This document shows positions 55,121-64,000 of a stretch of 64,000 nucleotides of DNA, in pieces. Every line of letters starts with the position of its first letter. Position 1 is the stretch's first letter. The stretch spans positions 32,001-96,000 of the IMG/VR virus record IMGVR_UViG_3300032287_003622; one strand, 5' to 3'. The notes below the pieces were generated by a model. The model was not told where the DNA came from. It saw only the letters and a program-made list of their open reading frames with translations, and made no database searches. Origin of the DNA: a virus. The translations under genes and the position numbers were made by a program.

Positions 55121-56130
55121 ATTTGTTGATTGGTAAGATTTCTAAATGTATAATAGTTGTGATCTAGTATTGACTGCATGTCTATTAAACTGTTATGAAG
55201 TTCTTGAACCGTCCACAAACTTATAGTTTTTAGCACCTGTTCAATCATGCGAATTCTATCTCCTTCGCAATAATCGTCATAGTTTTCGTCCCAATAATCA
55301 TTGAATGTTTTAAATCCTAAACGGCGTAGATTTTGTAAGTATTCAAAATTAGACATGACTATAAAAGGCCTACGGGCTAGTATGGGTCTCCAAATTTTTT
55401 CTGTAGGCAAAAAACAACGCCCTGATGCATTTGGTTCACATACTATATCAACAAAAATTTTGTTGTAATACTGTAACAAATTTAAATTAGCAGGATGTTG
55501 TATAGGATAATAACTGTTGACATGCTGAAACAAAGAATCAGAATAATCACGATTTTTTAAAAATTCAAGATCTAAAGTTCTTGGGCAAGTGGTTAAAAAC
55601 TTTGCCGATTCTGACACTATGTTGCAACCAAATTGAAAAAGATCATCCAATCCCAAATAACCATTGGCATTATAGTTTTCTCGTGTCGGATCATAATGAT
55701 AAGTTTGTAAAGTTTTATTTTTATGTTGGGTATCTAGGATGGTAGCAATCCATAATCTAAACCAATTGCTCCGACTCACAAAGTTTGCAAAGTGCCAACC
55801 GGGATGCGTATGGTTGCTGATTACTTTATCTTTTGCCCAGTGGTTAATCTCATCAATTTCATACCAATAATTAGAATCAAACACCACTCGGTAATGATCA
55901 TGTTGCTCTAGAGCATTGGCAGTTCGCACAGTGATATGTTGTTTGTTATATCCTGTTGATCCGCAAAATTCATCCAGTAGTCTATACAAGCCCAGGGCTT
56001 CTGCACAACTTCCTTCGGGCCCAAAATCAATGACCGCAGGCAGATTTTTTGCCTGGTGATGATGCAAATAGGAAATCACAAGATCCTTACGCCAAATTTT
56101 CCTGTCAAGCGTTTGTACACTCAAGGTCAT
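55081..56130 (-). CDS. TEK-family protein
   Basis: TEKIWRPILARRPFIVM...GFKTF..WDENYD. Confidence 0.65.
   Translation of the reverse strand: MTLSVQTLDRKIWRKDLVISYLHHHQAKNLPAVIDFGPEGSCAEALGLYRLLDEFCGSTGYNKQHITVRTANALEQHDHYRVVFDSNYWYEIDEINHWAKDKVISNHTHPGWHFANFVSRSNWFRLWIATILDTQHKNKTLQTYHYDPTRENYNANGYLGLDDLFQFGCNIVSESAKFLTTCPRTLDLEFLKNRDYSDSLFQHVNSYYPIQHPANLNLLQYYNKIFVDIVCEPNASGRCFLPTEKIWRPILARRPFIVMSNFEYLQNLRRLGFKTFNDYWDENYDDYCEGDRIRMIEQVLKTISLWTVQELHNSLIDMQSILDHNYYTFRNLTNQQIQLAFTHSTADLN
55354..55404. repeat. 51-nt exact direct repeat, copy 1
   Basis: Identical to 58233-58283. Confidence 0.9.
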
Positions 56131-56966
56131 TTTAGTTTGACGTTTTCTAAATGTATCAATTTGGATTGAGTATCTTGCACTGTAGGGCACATGGCACAGA
56201 CCGATGCAGGACGGCCAAAATTGTGTAAAAAATTTTCTAATTCTTGATCAGAACAATCCGGTCCTATGCCATTTTGCAAATACGGTTGCCATAGTTCCCA
56301 ATTTGGACGACCAAATCTTTCCAATGTTTCTCTAAGTAGTCCGCTGGTGCTGCATTTATAAATGCGACCGTTGTATAACAAAGGACAAGTTTGTTGGCAA
56401 CAAATAGAAAATGCCTGTGCAGGGTCGCTAGTATGCGGCCGCATATCCTGATAGGTGCCTTGGAAGGTCTTCCAGAAAATGTCAGGTCTGCGCACATGAA
56501 ATCTAAAATTATTATCAGTGCGTAAGCGATTGACTCCGTGTTCTGTCACCGGTTGCCAATTGTACATGTTTAATATTCTTTGTATAACTTGTTCTAACTG
56601 TTCATCGTGTTGATGCACAGCCACTTTAAAAACACAATTGCCAATTTCATGTAATAGTTCTACAATATCAAAGTTTTTTTCCAACAACAATCCATTGGTT
56701 GTAAATCTAATTTGCGTTGTGGGCATAAGTTCACGTAACCCAACAATCCAATCACGTATGCGAGGATTCATCAATGGCTCACCACCTAATATGCCAAAGT
56801 CAGGAAGGTCAACACGGGCCAACCACGACTCTAGTTGCGCTCTTCCTTCTGCCCAGGTTAAGTATCCAGCATGTTTTAAATCGCTATAGTTTGTACAGCC
56901 TGTGCAACTGAGATTACACGCCTGTGTGACCATAATCTCAATAAAAGGAAGAACTGGTTTTGTCAT
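56127..56966 (-). CDS. radical SAM protein
   Basis: CNLSCTGC; GGEPL; TNG; C-terminal Cys cluster. Confidence 0.85.
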   Translation of the reverse strand: MTKPVLPFIEIMVTQACNLSCTGCTNYSDLKHAGYLTWAEGRAQLESWLARVDLPDFGILGGEPLMNPRIRDWIVGLRELMPTTQIRFTTNGLLLEKNFDIVELLHEIGNCVFKVAVHQHDEQLEQVIQRILNMYNWQPVTEHGVNRLRTDNNFRFHVRRPDIFWKTFQGTYQDMRPHTSDPAQAFSICCQQTCPLLYNGRIYKCSTSGLLRETLERFGRPNWELWQPYLQNGIGPDCSDQELENFLHNFGRPASVCAMCPTVQDTQSKLIHLENVKLK

Positions 56967-58009
56967 ATTTTTATCCAGCGGTTGTTAGCCAAAGTCCAAT
57001 TTACTACTTGTGCTATTCTATCTTGTAGTCTAAATTGTGGGTGCCAACCCAGATCGAGCATGTATTCCCCACTGAGTGCATAACGCAAGTCATGTCCAGG
57101 GCGACTACTGTGAAAGTCTACCAATTGATAATTCAATGGTTTGCCTATAACTTGTGCTATGGTCTGTGCCAAAGTCAAATTATCAATTTCCTCGGGCCCC
57201 ACCAGATTAAACTTAGGGCATTTGGCGCCGCCAAAATCTTGCGGTAACATTAATAGATCCAAAGCAAGAATAAACATGACACCGGCAGCCACATCCTCGG
57301 CATGGATATAATGTCTTGACCCGGCCACCGTGCGTTCTTTGTTGGAATGTATCAGCACTTCTTCACCGGCCTGTATTCTACGAATGCACAACGGGACAAA
57401 TTTTTCTGGATGCTGACGTTCGCCGAACACATTCATGGTGTGCGTTATCACGATAGGCAAGTTATAAGTGTTTTCAAAAGCCACACACATTTCTTCACCG
57501 GCTGCTTTGCTGGCCGAGTAGGGATTTGTTGAGTTGTAGCGATCCCTTTCGGAATAGGCCACTCCAATGGGCGCTGGGCCGAATATTTCGTCCGTGCTAA
57601 AATAAACAAATTTTTCCAGGGCAGGTTGAGTTCTGGCAAACTGTAATAAGTTTACTGTTCCTACAACATTGTCCATAACAAATTCCATGGGACGGGCTAT
57701 GCTGCGATCAACATGGCTACTGGCTGCCAGATGCAGGATATAATCAACCGGACCGATGTCGGCCGACAACATAGAATTGATTTCGGCTCGCAGGTCATGA
57801 TATATCACACGCACTCGGGCTCGATCCTGTGGAGAGAATTCCATCATGATATCCTGCAAGCGGTTGAGGTTTCCGCTGAAATCCAGTCGATCCAAACTGA
57901 TCACCGACCAATCAGTGTGTCGTATGATATGTGCTATCATGTGATGGGCTATAAAACCGGCACCGCCAGTGACAAGAACTGTTTTAGATTTTTTTAATAT
58001 TGGTTGCAT
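56963..58009 (-). CDS. rmlB: dTDP-glucose 4,6-dehydratase (RmlB-like)
   Basis: Motifs TGGAGFI, AASSHVDRSI, STDE, PYSASKA, QHPEK and RPGHDLRY. Confidence 0.88.
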   Translation of the reverse strand: MQPILKKSKTVLVTGGAGFIAHHMIAHIIRHTDWSVISLDRLDFSGNLNRLQDIMMEFSPQDRARVRVIYHDLRAEINSMLSADIGPVDYILHLAASSHVDRSIARPMEFVMDNVVGTVNLLQFARTQPALEKFVYFSTDEIFGPAPIGVAYSERDRYNSTNPYSASKAAGEEMCVAFENTYNLPIVITHTMNVFGERQHPEKFVPLCIRRIQAGEEVLIHSNKERTVAGSRHYIHAEDVAAGVMFILALDLLMLPQDFGGAKCPKFNLVGPEEIDNLTLAQTIAQVIGKPLNYQLVDFHSSRPGHDLRYALSGEYMLDLGWHPQFRLQDRIAQVVNWTLANNRWIKI

Positions 58010-59810
58010 ATGATTGATTGATCAACATGTCGTAGTTATGCTGTAATTTTTTGGTCATTGATTTATAGATTTCTGTAAAATTTCTTAATGGTTGGCTGGC
58101 CAATTTATTGATCAGATCTAAAATTTTATAGTAGCGATACGCACCATCATACCCATCATAATCTTCGTCCCAAAAATCATTGAAGGTTTCAAAACCCATT
58201 TGACGTAAATATTCCAGATAGTCTCGACTGCCCATGACTATAAAAGGCCTACGGGCTAGTATGGGTCTCCAAATTTTTTCTGTGGGATAAAAACTCAAAC
58301 CCTGGCTGACTGGTTCAGCTACCAAATCAATGAGAATATTATCGTAGAGATCAACCAGTGTATTTGTCCAATCATAATAGCCCTTTTTGTAATCAATGTC
58401 ACTGTGATATTTTGGATCTCGCAAAAGATTGAGATACTGCACACTTTCAGGGTCCCAGCTGAACAATCGTTGAATATCAAATAAATTTCTGGAATCGAAG
58501 TTATCAAAATTAAATTTGTGCTGTATGTAAGAAATAGCGGAATGGTTCCTGGCAAGATGCGTTGCGATGCCCAGCCTTGGTGCGCTGGGCCGACCGTAAA
58601 AACATCCAAATATCTTATTTTGATTCCAGTCTCGACGGCGGGCCTGATCAAATCCAGATAAGTTCTGCATCCAGTCCAACCATGACACTGATTCTACTTG
58701 ATATTTGTCATGAGTTTCTAATCTATTACTGGTTTTGATAATGACTGATTTGTGAGTGAATTGATCCAGTATGTCATACACACCGCAGTAAGTCAAACAA
58801 TGAGCTTCATTGTTAATCTGCAAAACAATGTTTTGATTTTCACTGTGATGACAAAAAGAAACAAATTTATCCACTTCCAGCAATCTATCATTCTCAAGTT
58901 TTACTTCATAGAAGTTGTTGATTTTTCTTAAAACATACTCGGCAAAAAATCCATGACATTTTATGCTTGGGTGCATGAGTTCTAAGAAATTTTCTTGATC
59001 ATTTTTACACATTTCAGCACGGTCGTTGGCAGTGTCTGCTAACTCATTGGCCCAATGCAACCAAACATTTTTTCCTAGTTCAGGAGCTAAATCTTGTGCG
59101 ATTTGCAATTTTTCAATGATCCAAGGGGATACCAGATAACACATATTGGTATCTTTGGGCACACCTCTGCGGTCACAGATCACCTCTAACCAGGATTTAT
59201 CAAAAAAATAAGGTTTTAACTTGTCCATGCCAATGGCATCAACAAAATTTGTTCCAAAATAAAAACTATACCTTTGATCAAATTTTGCCAATTGCGAATG
59301 GATGGCATCGGCTATATGTTCATTTATGAATTTCAAGAAGCTATAGTAGTCTCGGTAAGTGTTGATATTGTCAATAAGCCAGGATCTATAATCGATATGA
59401 CGGTCATCGTCGCTGTCAAAATCTCTGCCAACTTCGGTAAAAATTGAAATCACAATGATTTGTTTGTAATCTAAATCACTTGATATTTTGGCCAATTCTT
59501 TTATCTTTCTTGCTATGTGCCAGTTGCCAGCACCGGGCTCGCCAAGATTTAAAAAATCTGCTTTCATTACCCCGGACACGGTTCCACCATAAACGTAATT
59601 TAAACGCACTGTGTGATCGTCATGCAAGTCATCACCCCAAGTCCAACTATCACCAATGGTGACCAATAAGGTCTCACTGTTGGTATTGTATTTGATAAAA
59701 TTATAAGGATTAGTTCCTGCTACCACTGCCGAAGTGCGATCCGTGGGAAGCGAAAAAAAATCATCTATATTGTCGTTTGTCAACAAAATTTTACCAACCC
59801 TCCTGGCCAC
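57984..59810 (-). CDS. SGNH-like domain fused to a TEK-family domain
   Basis: IGDSWTWG, NLG.PGAGN, HP; C-terminal TEKIWRPILARRPF; start codon uncertain. Confidence 0.65.
   Translation of the reverse strand: MARRVGKILLTNDNIDDFFSLPTDRTSAVVAGTNPYNFIKYNTNSETLLVTIGDSWTWGDDLHDDHTVRLNYVYGGTVSGVMKADFLNLGEPGAGNWHIARKIKELAKISSDLDYKQIIVISIFTEVGRDFDSDDDRHIDYRSWLIDNINTYRDYYSFLKFINEHIADAIHSQLAKFDQRYSFYFGTNFVDAIGMDKLKPYFFDKSWLEVICDRRGVPKDTNMCYLVSPWIIEKLQIAQDLAPELGKNVWLHWANELADTANDRAEMCKNDQENFLELMHPSIKCHGFFAEYVLRKINNFYEVKLENDRLLEVDKFVSFCHHSENQNIVLQINNEAHCLTYCGVYDILDQFTHKSVIIKTSNRLETHDKYQVESVSWLDWMQNLSGFDQARRRDWNQNKIFGCFYGRPSAPRLGIATHLARNHSAISYIQHKFNFDNFDSRNLFDIQRLFSWDPESVQYLNLLRDPKYHSDIDYKKGYYDWTNTLVDLYDNILIDLVAEPVSQGLSFYPTEKIWRPILARRPFIVMGSRDYLEYLRQMGFETFNDFWDEDYDGYDGAYRYYKILDLINKLASQPLRNFTEIYKSMTKKLQHNYDMLINQSYATNIKKI
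58233..58283. repeat. 51-nt exact direct repeat, copy 2
   Basis: Identical to 55354-55404. Confidence 0.9.
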
Positions 59811-60720
59811 GAATGATGTCTATTTCTCTGATCATTAGACCTTGATTGTGCCAATTTGACCGGAAGTGCTGTTTGAAAAACCTACTTTCTGGGCCAAGCA
59901 CTGTGAGCATGGGCAAGTCTAATTGTGTGGCTAGATCCTCAGCTACTCTTCCGGCCAAGATTTCTGGATTAGAATCACACACAGTTGACCATAATTTTTC
60001 TAACTGATCAAAATCTTGAACCACTCGATGATTCCACTGTGGAGTGATCATGGTCATATATGTTCCCATCCTGGCGCCAGCCATGCTCCAAATTCCATGT
60101 TCTACATCTCGCCCTATGTTGTGCCAGATAGTTAAATGATCTAGATTGCGTTGATGGACCTGATCCTTAAATTCAGCCGCGGTGAGTCTGGCACCTCGGC
60201 TCAAGCACATCTTGACACCTTCTCGGAATCCAGCTCTCCATGCATGGAAAGCCGATCCATTGGGATACGTGGTGCTATAACAATCATGCATGGCCCAATA
60301 TAAAGGGTCAAAACAGAATTCTACCTCTGTCTCTACAGTTCCATCTGTGGCTTCATGAGTGCGCATGTTGTTGACAAAGGCTCGGGTCCATGAACTCAGA
60401 CCTCCGTTGCCATACATGAGTCCATTGATGTGATTCCTGGCACGCCAACGGAACACAGCAGATTCCCATGCCTCGTCTGGCGTTTGCAGTGTGAGATTGA
60501 AAAAACCAGGATCTGGCAAATTATCACCATCGATCAAAATAAAACGTTCGGTGTCAGACGCCTGGGCTGCGGCTTTATGAGCGGCATCCGATCCTTTAAC
60601 TCCGTCCACACGTTTGGCCCATGGAACCATGTTGCGTATTTTGACCCAAAACTCTTCGCGTTGAGGTTCGTCATAGGTCAAGTAGATACAATCAAGATCT
60701 GCTATGTCAACTGATTTCAT
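59791..60720 (-). CDS. glycosyltransferase-like protein
   Basis: YDEP, AHKAAA, IDGD (DxD), NGL.YGNGG and WRAGFREGVK. Confidence 0.65.
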   Translation of the reverse strand: MKSVDIADLDCIYLTYDEPQREEFWVKIRNMVPWAKRVDGVKGSDAAHKAAAQASDTERFILIDGDNLPDPGFFNLTLQTPDEAWESAVFRWRARNHINGLMYGNGGLSSWTRAFVNNMRTHEATDGTVETEVEFCFDPLYWAMHDCYSTTYPNGSAFHAWRAGFREGVKMCLSRGARLTAAEFKDQVHQRNLDHLTIWHNIGRDVEHGIWSMAGARMGTYMTMITPQWNHRVVQDFDQLEKLWSTVCDSNPEILAGRVAEDLATQLDLPMLTVLGPESRFFKQHFRSNWHNQGLMIREIDIIRGQEGW

Positions 60721-61060
60721 ATGTTTTTTTACTCCATTTTGTATGATCCCGATCGTCGGCTACCACCACACAAACATCTCGAGGATCGCAGGCTGTGCCC
60801 GATTCCGAAGGGGTTAATTTTTTGGAAATTCTTGTTTGTTTGAGTTTTATTAATTTTCCTTCTACCACTCGCACATCCATACGATGATTAATATAGGTCT
60901 GCTGATCAACTTCTATGAAATCTCCTGGCAGATCCTCCATGGTATAACAACAAGGACTTCCGTCGGTGTTGTAGTAGAGTCGATATGTGATGGGTTTGGG
61001 TTCTGGCCAGACAAATTCGGCCATGACTTTTAAAAAGTTTTCTGTGGTTTCATTGGTCAT
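60707..61060 (-). CDS. hypothetical protein
   Basis: YRLYY...G; coupled ORF. Confidence 0.6.
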   Translation of the reverse strand: MTNETTENFLKVMAEFVWPEPKPITYRLYYNTDGSPCCYTMEDLPGDFIEVDQQTYINHRMDVRVVEGKLIKLKQTRISKKLTPSESGTACDPRDVCVVVADDRDHTKWSKKTYEIS

Positions 61061-61316
61061 TTTTGTTGCGTTGATCGGCGATAATTTGTTTTTCAAAACG
61101 CTGTTCTTGTATGGTTTTTTCTTTCCAGATGCGTCGTGGATTACTACACAACATACAGTGTGGCCGGCCACAGTTCATGCTGTGATGTTTGGCATATCTG
61201 TGATATTCTCTTACAGTGATACCATGTGCTTGTGCAATTTTGACCTGCTTGATTGTGGCTGATCTTTTTTTGCTTATACGTTTGCTGTGTTTGATTTTAT
61301 CAATGTCGTTGCTCAT
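61050..61316 (-). CDS. small basic Cys-cluster (probable Zn-binding) protein
   Basis: CGRPHCMLCSNPR; GGAGG SD. Confidence 0.65.
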   Translation of the reverse strand: MSNDIDKIKHSKRISKKRSATIKQVKIAQAHGITVREYHRYAKHHSMNCGRPHCMLCSNPRRIWKEKTIQEQRFEKQIIADQRNKNDQ

Positions 61317-62038
61317 TGCATCCTCCAATCTTTGATGTGATAGTGCACCAGGCCCCACTGTGTCACTGTGTTGATCCTTAGTGGATCAGTTTCCCAAATC
61401 AACTCCTTGGTCCAATCTGGAGTTTTTATAGGATTGACATGTTGCTTCATATGCACAATCGTTGGTCCAAATCCGGTTGGCAAAGTCACAGAATCTGGAC
61501 CCATGATCTGTGCAACCATGGCATAAACAACATCAGTGGTGGGTTGATCATCTGGAAATTTCAGCAATTTTTTATAATCATTCCACTGCTCAAATATGTT
61601 CCTTACTAGTTGGAAAAATTCTTGTGCTGTTTTACTTAGTCTCCAATAGGTTATGGCGTTATAAACATCAGGCAGTTTGTTTTGATCAAAGATTTTTCTA
61701 TAATGTCTTGACGTCACTGGTTCATCATAAAAGTTTCTGGCTCCTTGGCTGACCACAACATCTCGCAATTCGAACAAGGTCCACCAATGATCTATGGCGC
61801 TGGCAACAATCATGTCAGCTTCGAGCTTTATGGTTTGTCTGTAAGGACTAATCCAAAACATTTGCCAATCATTGGCAAAGCCGCCTTGATCTCCATGCGG
61901 TAACATATTTTTGGTTACAATAGTGATGTGAGCATCTGGATGAAAATGCCTTATGCTGTCTGCCAACTGTTCCGCACATTCTTGGTATATCTGCCCAATG
62001 GCCGGAATCAAATATCCTCTTTCATGTGTTACTGGCAA
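61313..62038 (-). CDS. GT-A (GT8-like) glycosyltransferase-like protein
   Basis: SPY..TIKLEAD, TDV.YA, VHMK and HY. Confidence 0.65.
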   Translation of the reverse strand: MPVTHERGYLIPAIGQIYQECAEQLADSIRHFHPDAHITIVTKNMLPHGDQGGFANDWQMFWISPYRQTIKLEADMIVASAIDHWWTLFELRDVVVSQGARNFYDEPVTSRHYRKIFDQNKLPDVYNAITYWRLSKTAQEFFQLVRNIFEQWNDYKKLLKFPDDQPTTDVVYAMVAQIMGPDSVTLPTGFGPTIVHMKQHVNPIKTPDWTKELIWETDPLRINTVTQWGLVHYHIKDWRMQ

Positions 62039-62777
62039 CTATGTCTCCTAGATGTTTTTTGTTCATACAGTGAAAATCTTGTCTTAGTTCCACCCAACGA
62101 GTCTGCCCTTGGGTATTGACATAATCTATGCGATATCTATCTGTGTCGAGTTGACTCAATTGATGGTCCGGCATGACTGTTGCCAATTGCCAAGGTATTC
62201 CTGGTGAATTCGTGACATGGCCGTTGACCATGCCAAGGGCTATGCTCATGGCATGGTCATTTCGATACAAAGATCCAGAAATCTTATAAAGATCTCGATA
62301 GTGCGACCAATGGTCTCGTATCATGGCCATGCTTTGAAATATAAATTCTGCATGCCGACTGCGTCTAAACACTACAACGGTGGCCCACCATTGAGGCATA
62401 CAATTGGCTCCAAAATAATTCAATCCAGAAAAATCGTTGTTCTGGGTCACATCATAGGACCATCTATGTGCTAAAAAATCTTGATCAACATCCAACAATA
62501 CCTTGAGCTGATCTGTGGCAACCACATAGTCCGCATCAAGTAACAAGGTGCAATCCCAAGGGCTCGCTTGATATGCATCCATGCGATTGGTGTTATGCCA
62601 TGATACTGTGCCTAGATTGGCAAAACTTCTTATTCCAGAATCTGTGCGAGAATCATCTGTGACTATGTGAGTTGGTATACTCAGATGTCTTTCAATGTTT
62701 TTGGCACTCCAGTGAGCCATGGCTACATAATCTGTGTGCTCGTTGTTGCGAGCAAATATCAAAGCCCCTGTGGTCAT
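62022..62777 (-). CDS. GT-A (GT8-like) glycosyltransferase-like protein
   Basis: SPW..TLLLDADY, RND.A and HCMNK. Confidence 0.65.
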   Translation of the reverse strand: MTTGALIFARNNEHTDYVAMAHWSAKNIERHLSIPTHIVTDDSRTDSGIRSFANLGTVSWHNTNRMDAYQASPWDCTLLLDADYVVATDQLKVLLDVDQDFLAHRWSYDVTQNNDFSGLNYFGANCMPQWWATVVVFRRSRHAEFIFQSMAMIRDHWSHYRDLYKISGSLYRNDHAMSIALGMVNGHVTNSPGIPWQLATVMPDHQLSQLDTDRYRIDYVNTQGQTRWVELRQDFHCMNKKHLGDIVASNT

Positions 62778-63082
62778 CTATTCTTGTTGATCTGTTCGTA
62801 TTCCAGTAGCCATGCGTTCATTTGCTCATTGTGCCGCGCTTGACTCATCTGCATGAGTTCATTGGTGTCAATACGCACCGGGTTTCCGTAGAGATCTTCC
62901 AAGACCACTTCTCCCATGCGTCCACAGGTAAAGATTGTGGCATTGAGTTCTGGGCCGGCACGCCACATGCCACCGCGGTAGGCAAACGTAAGTTTGGCTT
63001 GATATTTTTCACGCAAGGTCCTGCGTGCAGCTTCGTGCTCGAATCTGGCACGGCTGTGGGCGATCAATTGGTCAGTGTCCAT
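62774..63082 (-). CDS. hypothetical protein
   Basis: GG.W.A..EL and D...NPV.I; TATAAT 6 nt before the ATG. Confidence 0.65.
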   Translation of the reverse strand: MDTDQLIAHSRARFEHEAARRTLREKYQAKLTFAYRGGMWRAGPELNATIFTCGRMGEVVLEDLYGNPVRIDTNELMQMSQARHNEQMNAWLLEYEQINKNR

Positions 63083-63109
63083 AAGTTAATTATACAAGGA
63101 AAAGTGAGA

Positions 63110-63135
63110 AAAACAAAGCCCCTTGCGGGGCTTTT
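63110..63135 (-). terminator. intrinsic terminator
   Basis: Minus strand reads AAAAGCCCC-GCAA-GGGGCTTTGTTTT. Confidence 0.8.
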
Positions 63136-63154
63136 GGTAAAGCAAAACTGCCTA

Positions 63155-63979
63155 TTAGGCCACTGAAGCTGCGATTGTGGGTGTGCCCCAGCTGTTGGTA
63201 AGATATGTGGTGCTGGGTGGTATCACATTGACCAAGGTAGTAGGAGCCGTGCCAGTGATGGCAGTAGCCGGGCTGGTAGTGTCTGTTCCGCCAGAAATGT
63301 CGGAGCTGACCCCAGCGCCGCTGGATCCATCATCGTACCAGGTAGTGACCAAGGTCAAAACCGTAGCGCCTGCATCGACAGCTGCTGTGGTTTGGATATA
63401 TTCTGGCGTGTATGGACTAGTGGGATTGTTAAGTTGGAACAAGGTAGTGGCTGCTCCACCTGGAGTAAGGTTATACCATCCTGTGGTGGTTGCTAGAGCG
63501 GTTTGGGTGCCACCTGTGTCATTAAGCCGTGTAGTTCCTGTATAGACCTGGCTGGCTATGGTCTGGCTAGTGCCGTTGACGCGGCCGGAAATGAATATGT
63601 TTCCGCAGTAGCCGGCCAGAGTGTTCCAGTCTGGGTCATGGTCAGTGCCGGTACTGGTTTTGCCATACATGATTTTGACCAAGCCACCTGCGTTCCAGAA
63701 ATATCTGGCCGAGTTTGCATCTGCGAATGTGACTGTGTGGGTGAATGTTATGGTCCATGAGCTCTGGCCACTTCCAGTGGCCGTGGTCTTGCTTGTAGAA
63801 CCCGAAAATGTGCCAATGGTTGTTCCGCTGGCTGCTGCGTTTCCACGATTATTGGTGATAGTGTTGATATCTGTGGCCACGTTGGCCAAGATTGCAATGG
63901 TGTTTCCAGCCACGGGTTGTGTGCGGCTGGTCAAGGTCGAATTGGTCTGATTTCCAGCAGTTGCCAAGTTGGCTACCAA
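63155..63979 (-). CDS. T/G/S-rich virion structural (tail-associated) protein, 5' part outside the window
   Basis: Frame is open to the window edge; AR.F.NAGG motif; low-charge beta-rich composition. Confidence 0.6.
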   Translation of the reverse strand: MVANLATAGNQTNSTLTSRTQPVAGNTIAILANVATDINTITNNRGNAAASGTTIGTFSGSTSKTTATGSGQSSWTITFTHTVTFADANSARYFWNAGGLVKIMYGKTSTGTDHDPDWNTLAGYCGNIFISGRVNGTSQTIASQVYTGTTRLNDTGGTQTALATTTGWYNLTPGGAATTLFQLNNPTSPYTPEYIQTTAAVDAGATVLTLVTTWYDDGSSGAGVSSDISGGTDTTSPATAITGTAPTTLVNVIPPSTTYLTNSWGTPTIAASVA

Positions 63980-64000
63980 AGTGTCCCATTGCGTGGCTGT

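Noticed and set aside
1-64000. CRISPR array, diversity-generating retroelement, integrase or transposase
   Set aside because: No regularly spaced repeats and no reverse transcriptase or recombinase motifs were seen. The 51-nt repeat has no adenine-specific mismatches.
1-64000. Stop-codon reassignment
   Set aside because: Recognisable enzymes are full length in the standard code, all three stops end genes, and no suppressor tRNA was found.

Overview
This window reads as part of a large dsDNA (jumbo/T4-like) bacteriophage genome. It is densely packed and translates cleanly in the standard code. Genes are mostly on the + strand up to ~41.6 kb and mostly on the - strand after that. A proteobacterial, possibly betaproteobacterial, host is inferred from a TorF-like porin, an rpoZ homolog and the tmRNA tag. 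Main contents: (i) queD and queE with a purine phosphoribosyltransferase and a preQ1-I-like RNA structure in front of queD; (ii) two large nucleotide-sugar/glycan-tailoring regions with glycosyltransferases, dehydrogenases, epimerases, C-methyltransferase, aminotransferase, amidinotransferase, carbamoyltransferase, six radical SAM enzymes, SGNH-like proteins and eight paralogs of a 'TEKxxKP' family; (iii) a translation-rescue module with seven tRNAs (four structurally atypical), a circularly permuted two-piece tmRNA, a metallophosphoesterase and rpoZ; (iv) a T4 rnh-like 5'-3' nuclease, ThyX and a split MoxR AAA+/VWA pair. The best candidate for an undescribed system is at 22518-22715. A promoter drives a 33-codon leader ORF that uses 19 of 20 amino acids and 27 different codons. 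Its 3' end forms a 19-bp antiterminator that is mutually exclusive with an intrinsic terminator lying directly upstream of the tRNA cluster. This looks like a ribosome-stalling attenuator that would switch on phage tRNAs when almost any host tRNA is depleted. All assignments come from motif recognition and manual base-pairing; no searches or folding programs were run.
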